Assembly (NCBI GenBank): GCA_030704615.1
Contig: CM060732.1
Coordinates: forward strand, 83,142,001-83,206,000
DNA length: 64,000 nucleotides
Direction of reading: 5' to 3'
DNA from: Takakia lepidozioides
Taxonomy: Eukaryota > Plantae > Bryophyta
Below are positions 12,214 to 23,325 of this stretch, piece after piece. The position numbers were made by a program, and so were the translations under genes. Below the pieces are notes generated by a model. The model searched no databases. It was given only the letters and a program-made list of their open reading frames with translations, and had not been told where the DNA came from. Positions within the stretch are counted from its first letter, which is position 1. Every line of letters starts with the position of its first letter.

Positions 12214-13779
12214 CACAATCTACGGCTACCAATTCCGCGACTATAGGCCCTTTTCTCCCTGTTCTGTCCGCGGTCATAGGTACGCCCGTGGAAATGACAT
12301 GGCGAGGCGTGACGTGGCGTTAACCACGCTGGCGAAGACTGCTGACGTGGCGTCGGACCCATGAGCCAACGTGGCGAGAACCGGTGACGTGGCGTGAGCT
12401 TGGCCGCGCTCACACGCTCACACGGCCAGGCTCACGCGGAGGCATCCGCCCTGTGATTGGAATCCCCAAAATACTCTTCTTGTTGACGACATGCCACAAA
12501 AGGGGTCGAAGAATCCTGAATACAACGCAATTTACCCATTGCCTTGGAGAAGTCGTTCTGCAGAGGCAAGCCATGACAATTTTCCAATGCAAACCTTATG
12601 GCCCTTCTTGGAGGGGGCAGTTAAGGCTCCTAGCATTCCCGAGTATCTGCGAGGGCAACCCACATTTGGGCAAGCCGCTATGAGCCCTCGTGCCATTCAG
12701 CCTCGGCAGGTACCATACTTAGTCTTCATGGTACACATTGGCCAGAATTAGACAGTTTGTTGCTCCACTCCCTTGTACATTTGCCACCCCCCTTCGTGCT
12801 TTACAATTTGCGTGCATTAATTGTTGTGATGTCTGAGCTTGTTGGTTGGTTGTGGGTGCTTGGCCAGGAATGAGTTGCCCCAGGTCAAAGGGCAGCACAC
12901 CTTCACCCTTTCAGGAAGCCGACACAGACACCCATGATCCCTGATTCGCAGAATGGGGTAAGTCTATGCATCTTCTATTCCCCCTTGCCCCACCTGCATA
13001 GATCAGTTTTTTTACCTCTTCATTACAGACCGTGTAGACATAGTACATTGGGAGATTCTTGTTCCTTCATTTCTCATGCAATCTGGCATGTGTGGGGGTG
13101 GATGGCAGGTCATGGTGGGAGACCATGTGAAGCTCATAGACACAGTGTCGCGATCTACAGCCGGATCTGGCCGCATTGTTGGTCTCCAAGGGAGCGAGGT
13201 GAGTGAAGGGTACCCTGTCGTGCCAGAAGGCTATGTGGCCATCCACATTGATGATGTCCGGATTCCCAATGCCCCTCTACTATATCACAACAAATCCATG
13301 AAGCCTCATCACACAGAGTTGGGAGACACTGTAGGTTATATTACTGTGTGGAGTGACAAACTAGTGAAGACTTTGCAGATGAAGAGATGAGACAGGTCGA
13401 CAGTCGCTAGCTTTGTGTATCTCATGCAGATTTCCACCTCTGCATTGTGCGGATTTGGAATTTTTGGTAGCTTGTAGTAGTGACAGATTCTTTGAATTGA
13501 CTGCCCAATTTTTATAGCAATTATTTGTCCGCATCTCCTCATGCATGTTGTTGCGAAATTCTGCCTCGTTTATGTGATATGCTACAATAGGTGGTATGTC
13601 CCCTTTGCACACCCGGTGGTTGGTAATGGAGCTGGTGGATGGTGATGATGTTGTTGTTCGTGCTCTATCTGAATTGTGTCAGTCCCATTTTTGTGCCTTT
13701 AGTCTTGCTATTTACAGGATTGTGGTCCTCTACTCCCTTTGGCCATTCCCAGAGATGGGTTCGCATGTCTTGGTTGAGC

Positions 13780-15400
13780 ACTGAGAGTCTATCCCTGCTC
13801 CTTCAGCTATCCATGCCTCTGCACAAATCATGCATACATCCTTGCCTTGGTGCTAGCATGAAAAACAGGGTGAAATGTCTTGAAGAAGGTGCCTTGATTA
13901 GCAGTGTCTGATTTTATCAATTGTGCCGCTGCTGCTGCGGCTTCCTGTTGACCATCTACCCATGCAGGTTTCTTGTAGCTATCCTTCCACAGGGAATCAT
14001 AGGTAATATAGAGCTTGAAGTCCGACCCTCTTGGATGAATCTGGACCCACACTCTATCCCTGCTCCTTCAGCTATCCATGCCTGCGTACAAATCGTGAAT
14101 ACATCGGGCCAGTCTTGCTGCTAGCAGCTGAAGTAGGTGACACTGACGGCGTGAAGTTCTTCCAGCAAACACCCCAACCCTACCTACAGTGACATGTCAA
14201 AATCACTCCAAAACTACTATAGATCCACCAACGAGCTTCTCCTCATCTCTGTTATCTGTTTTTTGATACTTTCTTGCTGCCACATCTGCAGTAACTTGTC
14301 AAAGTCACTCCTAACCACCATAGATCCACCCAACGAGCTAACTTACAGAATTCAATATGCATCTCAGGGCCGAGTCTGATGAGAGGGTAAAACAGGCAGA
14401 AATAGGTTGAAGAAGAAGGTGCCCTCACCACATTGTCCTTGACCTTGTGTCATGACCCATGGAGGATTTGACCAACCATCAACCCAAAATAACCTCTTGT
14501 GTGTGTTGCTTGTGTCTACAGTGTTGAGAATGACATCTGGTAATCTGACAGGCATTCACCTTTTTGCCTTGGCTGTCCCACCATTGACTGGGGTCAGAAA
14601 AGTATTCATACCACAGCTTCTGCTCGTCTTTGTTACCTGTTTTTGGATACTTTCCTATTGTCACATTGGCAGTATCATATCAAAGTCACTCCAAACAAGA
14701 GTCCTTCAACCACCTAACTTGCAGAATTCAACATGGAAATTTAGGGCCGATTCTGATAAGAGGAAAAAACAGGGTGAAATGTGTTGAAGAAGGTGCCTTC
14801 ATTAGCAGTGCTTGATTTTATCCATTGTGCCGCTGCTGCTGCGGCTTCTGGTTGACCATCTGCCATCCATAGGGGGGCATAGGTAATTTGGAGCTTGAAA
14901 TCTGGCCTTCTTGGATGAATTTGGACCCATATTCTATCCCTGCTCCTTCAGCTCTATCCATGCCTGTGTACAAATCATGAATACATCCTCAGCCTTGCTA
15001 CTAGCAGCTGAAGCAGCTGACACTGACGGCATGAAGACGTTCTTCCAGCAAACATGCCAACCCTACCTACAGTAACTTGTCAAAATCACTCCAAAACTAC
15101 CACAGATCCACCAAGGAGTTTCTCCTCATATATGTTATCTGTTTACGGATACTTTCATGCTGCCACATCGGCGGTAACTTGTCAAAGTCACTCCTAGCCA
15201 CCACAGATCCACCCAACGAGCTAACTTACAGAAGTCAATATGCATCTCAGGGTCGAGTTTGATGAGAGGGTAAAACAGGCAGAAATAGGTTGAAGAAGAA
15301 GGTGCCCTCACCACATTGTCCTTGACCTTGTGTCAAGACCCGTGGAGGATTTGACCGACCATCAACCCAAAAGGACCTCTTGTGTGTGCTGCTTGTGTCT
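13780..15400 (-). pseudogene. Degenerate tandem OSB-type 'PDF' ssDNA-binding motif repeats (~880-bp duplication)
   Basis: EQKLWYEYFSDPSQWWDSQGKKVN...LPD...FWVDGWSNPPWV (14450-14640) and HPRGSDFKLYITYDSLWKDSYKKPAWV (13955-14040). 14054-14520 is repeated at 14934-15400. Confidence 0.7.
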
Positions 15401-15839
15401 AGTCAGGTACTGTCGGAGTGGTCTGTGAGAACCACCACGGTGCAGCTGAGCAGGCAGAGATTCAAACACGGTGTGCTAAGACCAATGTGACTCTCCCAAG
15501 AACCTTGTAAACATCAGGAAGAATACCAACATGAGGAGGAGCTGCAGAGGTGGGAGAAGCAACGAGGAGGGCAGCGAGCGCAACAGTGGGGGGAGTGAGG
15601 CTTAGTGCATGAGGCAGGAAGAAAAAACGACGCAAAAGGAGGGCGAAAGGTTTCGTTCCCGCGATATCGCGGCTGGCAGGTAGAGCCCTTACTAGTATAC
15701 TACATACAAACATCTACATATGACCCCCAAAAATATGTATATATTTTAGACATTTTCTAGCCCCTTTATATATACATAGTCTATATGGGGGTAATAAATT
15801 AACCCCCTTCTGTTCACGCACGTGATAGGTACAGCTAAC

Positions 15840-16425
15840 CCTGCTGCACCCCCCAAGTGTAGGGTAAAGGGGCCGGGGGGGGTGCCTTAGCCCAGACTTT
15901 GTTTGGTTTGGGCCTAGTGGATGGTCTGGAGGGAGGGCTGTGTGATGGTGGGGGCGGGTAGGTGGTGAGTAACATGCCATGGGTATCGGACAGGAGATGA
16001 TTGAGGCGAGTGGGAAAGTCTCGGGGTATGGAGGTATGGGAGGGATCTTGGACAAACAGAAGCAGGGTTAGAGTGGATTCCTTGTGGCGGAGGTATTTAT
16101 AAGGGAAGGCAGGTTGTGCATATAGCGAAGATGGTTGGGTTCAATGGCGGCCAATGGTGTCACCTCAGGGGGAAGTTGTAGGAAGGGGTGTTGATGGTCA
16201 GGTGTCTTTGTTGTGTGAGTTTGATGATAGTGGTGGCGGAGGGGAGGAGTGGGCGGCAAGGCGCGCCCACTAAAGAGCCTCATGTGTGAGGGGCCCAGGT
16301 GGCGGATGTGCAAGGCCACCGCCGGATTAGGTGTGTTGATCAGTTGCGGAGTCGAGGGCTCCGAATACACAGTCTCAAGGGTGCGGGCTGTCATAAGAAG
16401 AGAGCTCAAGAGGGCAGGTGAGCAA
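15840..16425 (-). mobile_element. Dualen/RandI-like LINE fragment (region just before RNase H)
   Basis: Homologous to 55440-56050 (PPEVTPLAAIEPNHLRY vs PSGVTLLAAIEPNQLRY). Cut at ~16427 by a MULE terminus. Confidence 0.65.
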
Positions 16426-16426
16426 G

Positions 16427-17939
16427 GGGGAATGCCTCCGCGTGAGTCTGGCCGCGTGAGCGTGTGAGAGCGTGAGCGCAACCAGGCTTACGCCACGTCA
16501 ACAGTTCCCGCCACGTTGGTTCTCGCTAGCGTAGTTCACGCCACGTCATTCTCATAGGCATGGACCTATGACCGCGGACATAACATCGTGAAGGGGCCCT
16601 ATAGCCGCGGACTTGAGCATTCTGCACATAAGTAACCATATTTGGGCGATGAGAAGAAGTGCAGAAGCAGCAGTAGGACAATAATTCCAATTTGGATTCA
16701 TTACTATCACAGCAGGTCCTGGATACAACAGCATGGGACACGGGTTTGGAGGAAGGACCACCGAATACAATTCTGCAGGCAATACAAGCATTGGGCCAAG
16801 TGACAGCTAATGCGGCGCCGCATTTTGATGTCTACACTCATGTTGGCTGAAGTGGCAGGAGGCGGCGGGGCCTGACCGTTGGATAATGATGTTTGTCCGG
16901 CAGATTGCTACCTTTAACGATTCGAATTTCCTAATGACGCATAGTCCACGAGGAGACGTTTCCAGCCCAACCTTTCGAACCCAAGCGATGCATCCCCGCC
17001 GTTTCATGTTCTTTTGTCGTGGTTGCTCATTCACCCCTCTTGCGCCCTTTCCATCTGCACTCATTGCCCATTTTCCGTGTCTCTGTTCTTCTTATGCTCC
17101 AACCTGAGAGGGAGGAAGTTCCTGCTCTAGAAAAGAGACATGGTTGCAAACTCCGCAAGTTGTACTTTGGGCCAAGGCCAATGCTAAAGGGGAAGAAGCA
17201 GATGCGTCTTCAGGAGGAGATGGTCATCGCGCTGCAGCAGGCAACGCAACCTCCAATGAGAGCTATGTGCTATCGGGATGCGTGCAGCTGATCGAGCACC
17301 GAAACCCTCCCTCTTTTTTGTTGTGCAATTGTTAGACTGTATGATAGGACACTTGAATGCAGAAGATGTTTGCATGCCTAACTCGAAAGGTGGAGGTGGT
17401 GGAGGGATCGCAGGAATCCGAAGAGTCGCAGGAAGAATCCGTGGAGGTAGCTGCAGCACGCACACCCAGCCGATCCATGAGCACGGGTCTTCCTGTTGGG
17501 CCTAGCCCTGTGCATTTCAAGGACACGGTTTGGAAAGGCAAGGCTTTGAAGTTGAAAGCACAAGACAAAGACGCACGTTTGAAGTTCATGGACAATTGCC
17601 AACAGGGGTCGTCCCCTTCTCCAGCAAAGAGCAAGAAGAAGTAGCACGTGCTTGAAGACATTTCCGAACCGGACCAGGCCGTCCCCCCCCCACCCCCCCA
17701 AGAGAATGAAGCAGAAGGGGGCAGTGCAAATTCAAATGCAGCAGACACCTCCACCTGCAAAGATGAAGAAGCAGAAGGCAATTAGAGGGAGGGCGGAGCA
17801 GTCTCCCGCAAAACCGGTTCCACGAGCTGAAGCCCAGTTCCTGCTTGATTTTGAGACAGGTGATGTTGGCGGCGTCTCTGCTGCAGCCAAGGCAACGGGA
17901 CCGACCAATGTCATCGATCTGTCAGCGGAGGAGGGTGCT
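16427..17939 (+). mobile_element. Second, partial copy of the MULE-like family (one TIR plus a 5' gene remnant), interrupted by an LTR
   Basis: GGGGAATGCCTCCGCGTGAGTCTGGCCGCGTGAGCGTGTGAG is an imperfect reverse complement of 12405-12450. CCTATGACCGCGGAC and CCTATAGCCGCGG motifs are also shared. Low-complexity coding remnants lie at 17100-17939. Confidence 0.75.
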
Positions 17940-18664
17940 TGTCGCGCACCTCACTTCGGTAAGCTCCCCTTCAGGTCACTGTTGCTAGCTTGATGCGCGC
18001 GCCTAACTCCCAACCTGGCCGCCAGACCAACTTGGAGCTTCGGCTGCTCACCGGGGCATAACAATCCCCCTTTGAACTCCCAAAGAACCCTCCACCGATT
18101 TGGAACCAGCGGGAATTCCCTTTGGTAGTTGGCAGTCCGGAACAGCTCCCCACTCTTTGGTCGTTTTCCGGCTCGCTCGCTTACTCACTAGTTTTTGGTC
18201 ACTAACGGGCTTGCACCGTTCTCGGGGTTACTACTCCCTATATATACTTCTGTAGCTGTCCGCGGGGGTTTCACAACCAGCCATCTCATTTTATGGCGAA
18301 CCACCACGAAAACCCTCAACTCCCGGTGATGAGTCGCGGTGAGTCTTGGCCCACTCACCACGGCCCCTATGGACCGTGATGAGTCCCAAGACTCCCCACG
18401 ACTCCCACCACGAGGTCTCCGCCCCCATGGTGAGTCCTATGCCACCCCCACTAAGTCCTGCTAAGCTACCACCACCCCTTGTGGAGCCACCCCCACCGCA
18501 ACCCGGTGTGCGGGCTCCACCTAGTGAGCGCCTCCGCCTCCTTGAGTGCCTTGGGCACTCAAGGGTGCTTCAGCCCCCCATACCTATCGCTGCCGCTGCC
18601 CCCACCACAGGGGCAGCCCCTCATGTGTCCTGACCCCCTGCCCTCAAGGCAAAGGGCCGCGACA
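17940..18664 (-). repeat. 3' LTR of Ty3/Gypsy chromovirus copy 1
   Basis: TGTCGCG...CGCGACA termini; near-identical reverse complement of 58020-58748; a purine-rich PPT-like GGTAGGGGTGTG lies immediately upstream on the minus strand (18665-18676). Confidence 0.95.
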
Positions 18665-20775
18665 CACACCCCTACCAACAGGGAGTCGATGTCCTCATCG
18701 ACTTGTCCATTTTGTAGAAACGAACATCCAAGTAGTGGCGTCCCACATCAAGGAGTTTGTTTCCGTACCTTGGCGTCCCATGACAAAGAACCAAACCCCA
18801 CACTTGACTCTATTCTCCACTAGCTAGTTCGACCGACTTCCTCCAAGTCCCGGCCAGGGGTGGAGCCTCTCAAGATCCTCCCAGTGCACTCTTCTTGGCG
18901 TTCTTCAAGGTCAAGGAACGATCCTCTCTGAGGATCGAATCACCTTACTGCAACAACATTGCTTGCGATCGCTCCTGATGCCGCTTTTGGCATCACTTTG
19001 CGCAAGGATTCACCTCGAACCCCCTTTGACTATGAAGATAACCTTGAACCAACCGTGCGCCCCAATCACTACAATTGGGTCCGTCTTGGAATGCTGGCCT
19101 GAGGTACGGGAACACGTCGAAGCCGCACTACGACTTCGTCCCGAGGCTACACGATTATAGTACGTGAACGGAAGCACATAGCTTCCGCGTTAGCCCGCAC
19201 TACAAGGCAACCACCTCGGTAGCGCAGTTATAGTACGCGCACGCGCCAAGTGCGCACTAGCACGTGAACTCCCAAAGAAGGCGCATGTTTCCTTGCCCCT
19301 TGGATGGGAGTCACCCGATTTCGGCACTGCGCAAACACACGATTAACCCAATTTACCTCTCCCACTTTTGTAAGCTAGCATGCATTCTACACACTAATCT
19401 TTGAAGTAAGGCTTCAAAAGGGAGACGTGAAATACTGGATGCACCTTGCTGTTTGCTGGCAGCTCCAATTCATACACATCCTCATTCATAACCTTCCGGA
19501 TGCAAAAGGGTCCCACATACGGAGGTACGAATTTTGGACTCACTTCCGGAGGTAGTCGGAAATTCTTGATGTTCAACCAGACCTCCGTGCCTGCCTCAAA
19601 CTTCACTTCCCTCCGCTTCCGATTCGCCTACCTTTCATACCGTTTCCTCCCTTTGGCAATGTTGTATTTTGCAAGCTTCAACAAACGCTCGCGTTCTTCC
19701 AATACCGCCGCTACTGCCGGTTCCTCAACGTCCTGGGCGGCCCAACTTGTCGGCACCAGAGGTGCTTTTCCATAGACCAATACGAAAGGGGAAACTCCCG
19801 TTGCGGAGTGTTCTGTGTTATTATAACAGAACTCTACCGCGTCTAAGTGTTCCACCCAGTCTGATTGGTCTGCCGACACGTAATTCCGCAAGATCTGCTT
19901 CACTACGGAATTCACTCTTTCCGTTTGGCCGTCGGTCGTAGGTCGGAAGGCGGTGCTCATCTTCGGCCTCGTCCCCATGTTCTTCCAAAGTGTCCTCCAA
20001 AATTTACTCGTAAACTTTGGATCGTGGTCCGAGACAATATCCTTCGGGACTCCATGATGTTTTAAGACGTGGGCGAAGTAAAGTCGCCCTGTCTCTTGCG
20101 CCGTTGCCGTCTCCTTGGTGGGGATGAAATGGCCCATTTTACTGAACCTATCCACCACCACCATGATTGCATCGAATCTTTTTGACAGCGGCATAGCAGT
20201 CATGAAATCCATCGAGACGCTTTCCCAAGTCCCCTATGGAATCGGCAAGGGTTGTAACAGCCCCGCTTGCTTTTTGTACTTGCTCCGGTTTTGTTGGCAT
20301 GTGGTGCATGTCTTGACATACTCCTCTGCCTCCTCCCTCAGTTTGGGCCAGAAATACTCTTTCTTCAAGAGTGCCGCAGTGCGCTTGGCTCCGCCGTGGC
20401 CCGCAAGCGGGCTATCATGGCATTATCTCAAGAGACTATCTCTGATCCCTCCCTTCGGCACGTAGAGACGCTTTTGCTTATACCGGAGCAGTCCATTTTG
20501 CAAGTGGAATTGCGATTTAACCCCCCTCCTCAAGTCCTGCATCACGGACTTCGCCAGCTCATCCTTCTGGCAAGCCTTCGGGATCTTCCTTTGGAGCGTC
20601 GTCTCGCCCCTGTACACCAACAGGAGCTGCTGCTTTCTACTTAAAGCAACGGCCACCACATTGTCACGTCCCGGTTTGTATTGGATATCCACGTCAAACA
20701 CCGCCAAAGTATCTTGCCACCTAAGTTGTTTTGGGGACAACTTGGGCTGCGTGGCAAAATACTTTACCGTAACAT
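17940..20775 (-). mobile_element. 5'-truncated Ty3/Gypsy chromovirus (RNase H end, integrase, 3' region, LTR)
   Basis: 19397-20775 is near-identical to 61800-63178 (MDFMTAMPLS, VSDHDPKFTSKFW, TDGQTERVN, HPVFHVSLLKPY). It has stops and lacks the chromodomain. Confidence 0.95.
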
Positions 20776-21180
20776 TAAGCTCAAGTTCTTCCCTTCCCAT
20801 GCAGATCCGAAATGCGGTGCCGCATTCTTTTTTCCAATCTGTTTTGTTTCCGCCCTTCAGTGGACTGAATTGGAGAGTGGGCCTTGTAGGGTCACTGAAA
20901 ATGCGTACGTATATATCCATATGGCACATATGCTGTACAGGGTGAGGAAAACTGGTCTCACTGACCCGCACATGTTCGCCGAAATGCTGGAGCCTGAGCT
21001 CATTCAAAAAGCCATGGCTAAAACAGACCGGATATGGTATCGGCTCACTATGGATGGAATGATAGAGGTGATATACGAAGTAAGTCATCCTCCCATTTTC
21101 CTCTCCTGATCCTTCCCCAATTTCTAGTCATCTGTCCACATGGATTGTATGTAATGCTTCTGCATGTTGTTCTTTGCAGT

Positions 21181-22284
21181 AAAAAAAATGGCGCCGAATT
21201 TCCGATTTTGCTGCCAGCCACCCGAAGGACTTAGCCATTTTCGGCCCCGAACTGGAAAAATGACTCCATTTTTCCAGTTCAGGGCCAAAAATGGCTAAGT
21301 CCCAGATCTGACAGGGCGCGGAACTGGAAAAATGGTGCCGAATTTCCGGTTGCGGTTTTAGCCACCCTAGGGACTTGGCCATTTTCGGGGCCTTAAACTG
21401 GAAAAATGGCGCCATTTTTCCATTTCGGGGCCGAAAATGGCTAAGTCCCAGATCTGACTGGGCCCGGAACTGGAAAAATGGCGCCGAATTTCCGATTTTG
21501 GTGCCAGTCAGATCTGGGACATAGCCATTTTCGGCCCCGAACTGGAAAAATGGCGTTTTGTTTTTTTTTTTTTTTTTTGTTTTTTTTTTCGGCGCCATTT
21601 TTCCAGTTCGGGGCCAAAAATGGCTAAGTCCCAGATCTTACTGGGCCCGGAACGAGAAAAATGGCGCCGAATTTCCGATTTTGGTGCCAGCCACCCTAGG
21701 GACAGCCATTTTCGGCCCCGAACTGGAAAAATGGCGCCATTTTTCCAGTTCGGGGCCGAAAATGGCTAAGTCCCAGATCTGATAGGGCGCGGAACTGGAA
21801 AAATGGTGCCGAATTTCCAGTTGCGGTTCCAGCCACCGTAGGGACTTAGCCATTTTCGGGGCCCTGAACTAAAAAAAATGGCGCCATTTTTCCAGTTCGG
21901 GGTCGAAAATGGCTAAGTCCCAGATCTGATAGGGCGCGGAACTGGAAAAATGATGCCGAATTTCCAGTTGCGGTTCCAGCCACCGTAGGGACTTAGCCAT
22001 TTTCGGGGCCCTGAACTAAAAAAAATGGCGCCATTTTTCCATTTCGGGGCCGAAAATGGCTAAGTCCTAGATCTGACTGGCCCAGAACTGGAAAAATGGC
22101 GCCGAATTTCCGATTTTGGTGCCATTCAGATCTGGGACTTAGCCGTTTTCGGCCCCGAACTGGAAAAATGGCGTTTTTTTTTTTGTTTTTTTTTTCGGCG
22201 CCATTTTTCCAGTTCGGGGCCGAAAATGGCTAAGTCCCAGATCTGACTGGCACCAGAATCAGAAATTCGGCGCCATTTTTCCAG
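21181..22284. repeat. Palindromic satellite A, copy 2
   Basis: Same units as 4223-4761. Near-palindromic ~120-bp blocks centred on GGCGCC, with poly(T) tracts at ~21556 and ~22173. Confidence 0.95.
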
Positions 22285-23212
22285 TCATGCAGGTAATTCG
22301 AAGAGCGGATGGATGGAAATCCGGCGCCGGATTTCCATCCGCCAGGTAAGTCGGCGCGCAAAATTTCCGTCATGCAGGTAATTCAAAGAGTGGATGGATG
22401 GAAATCCGGCGCCGGATTTCCATCCTCCAGGTAAGTCGGCGCTGCAAATTTCTGTCATGCAGGTTACTTGTGAGCGGATGGATGGAAATCCGGCGCATGA
22501 TTTCCATCCGCCAGGTACAAAATTTCCGTCATGCAGGTAATTCGGAGCGCGGATGGATGGAAATCTGGCGACAGATTTCCATCCTCCAGGTAAGTCGGCG
22601 CGCAAAATTTCCGTCATGCAGGTAATTCGAAGAGCGGATGGATGGAAATCCGGCGCCGGATTTCCATCCGCCAGCTAAGTTGGCGCGCAAAATTTCCGTC
22701 ATGCAGGTAATTTGAAGAGCGGATGGATGGAAATCCGGCGCCGGATTTCCATCCGCCAGGTAGGTCAGCGCGCAAAATTTCCATCATGCAGGTAATTCGG
22801 AGCGCGGATGGATGGAAATCCGGCGCCGGATTTCCATCCGCCAGCTAAGTCGGAGCGCGGCCGGATGGAAATCCGGCGCCGAATTTCCATCCTGTAGGTA
22901 ACTCGGAGCGCCGAATTTCCGTCAGGCAGGTAATTCGGAGGGCGGATGGATGGAAATCCGAAGCTGAATTTCCATCCTGCAGGTAACTCGGAGCGCCGAA
23001 TTTCCGTCATGCAGGTAATTCGGAGAGCGGATGGATGGAAATCCGGTGCCGAATTTCCATCCTGCAAGTAATTTGGAGCCCGGATGGACGGAAATCCGGC
23101 ACCGAATTTCCATCCAGCAGGTACCTTGGATCGTTACTGGATGGAAATTCGGCGCCGAATTTCCATCCGCCAGGTAAGTCGAAGCGCCGAATTACCATCC
23201 TGCAGGTAATTA
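22285..23212. repeat. Palindromic satellite B
   Basis: Repeats of GGATGGAAATCCGGCGCCGGATTTCCATCC with CAGGTAA spacers; period ~83 bp in the left part. Confidence 0.95.
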
Positions 23213-23325
23213 TGAGCGTGGCCGCTAGGTTTTTGGTCTAAAAAGACACTAAACCTTTAGTTTTTAGGCTGAAGTCCACTTTTAGACACGTTTTTTCAGG
23301 GAATTCTCGACTGCTAGGGGGAAAT

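Larger units (their letters stand above)
9687..12450 (-). mobile_element. Mutator-like (MULE-type) non-autonomous DNA element with long imperfect TIRs, carrying a SWIM gene
   Basis: CTGTGATTGG is duplicated at 9677-9686 and 12451-12460, and excision restores the host frame (GNCDW|NPQNTLL). The ends (~9687-9900 and ~12235-12450) are imperfect inverted repeats rich in CGTGAGC, GACGTGGC and CCTATGACCG. Confidence 0.85.
9324..12709 (+). other. FCP1/SCP (NIF)-like HAD-superfamily phosphatase domain, split by the insertion at 9687-12450
   Basis: LLILDVNGLL, VVVRPGCKAFLDKCFEHFEVATWS, KPLFFKNLSSVW, then after the insert NPQNTLLVDDMPQKGSKNPEYNAIYP and YLRGQPTFGQ. Confidence 0.88.
5438..13390 (+). pseudogene. 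CACTA TnpA-like multi-exon gene: Transposase_24-like region, coiled coil, FCP1/SCP-like HAD domain, Transposase_23-like C-terminus. Interrupted by a MULE-like insertion.
   Basis: 7180-7425 reads RPAHVKEAHWDRLVSYW*...KTGRGGRASVEARL. Phase-0 GT-AG introns (7426-8545, 8627-8744) join it to AAERGRSPSLHE and then to ORF 8781. The HAD domain resumes at 12461. The exon at 13109-13390 reads VKLIDTV..AGSGRI..GYVAIHIDDV...ELGDTVGYITVW. It contains stops and frameshifts, and the splicing between 12710 and 12914 is unresolved. Confidence 0.75.

Noticed and set aside
11389-12413. Poly-Phe and poly-Lys ORFs
   Set aside because: Translations of A/T tracts in the repeat array.
13469-13482. CACTA right terminus (reverse complement CACTACTACAAGCT)
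   Set aside because: Plausibly placed after the last TnpA exon, but no matching left TIR, TSD or subterminal repeats were found.
22285-23212. CRISPR-like array of 30-bp palindromic repeats
   Set aside because: The spacers are themselves repeated, the context is eukaryotic and there are no cas genes. It is a satellite.
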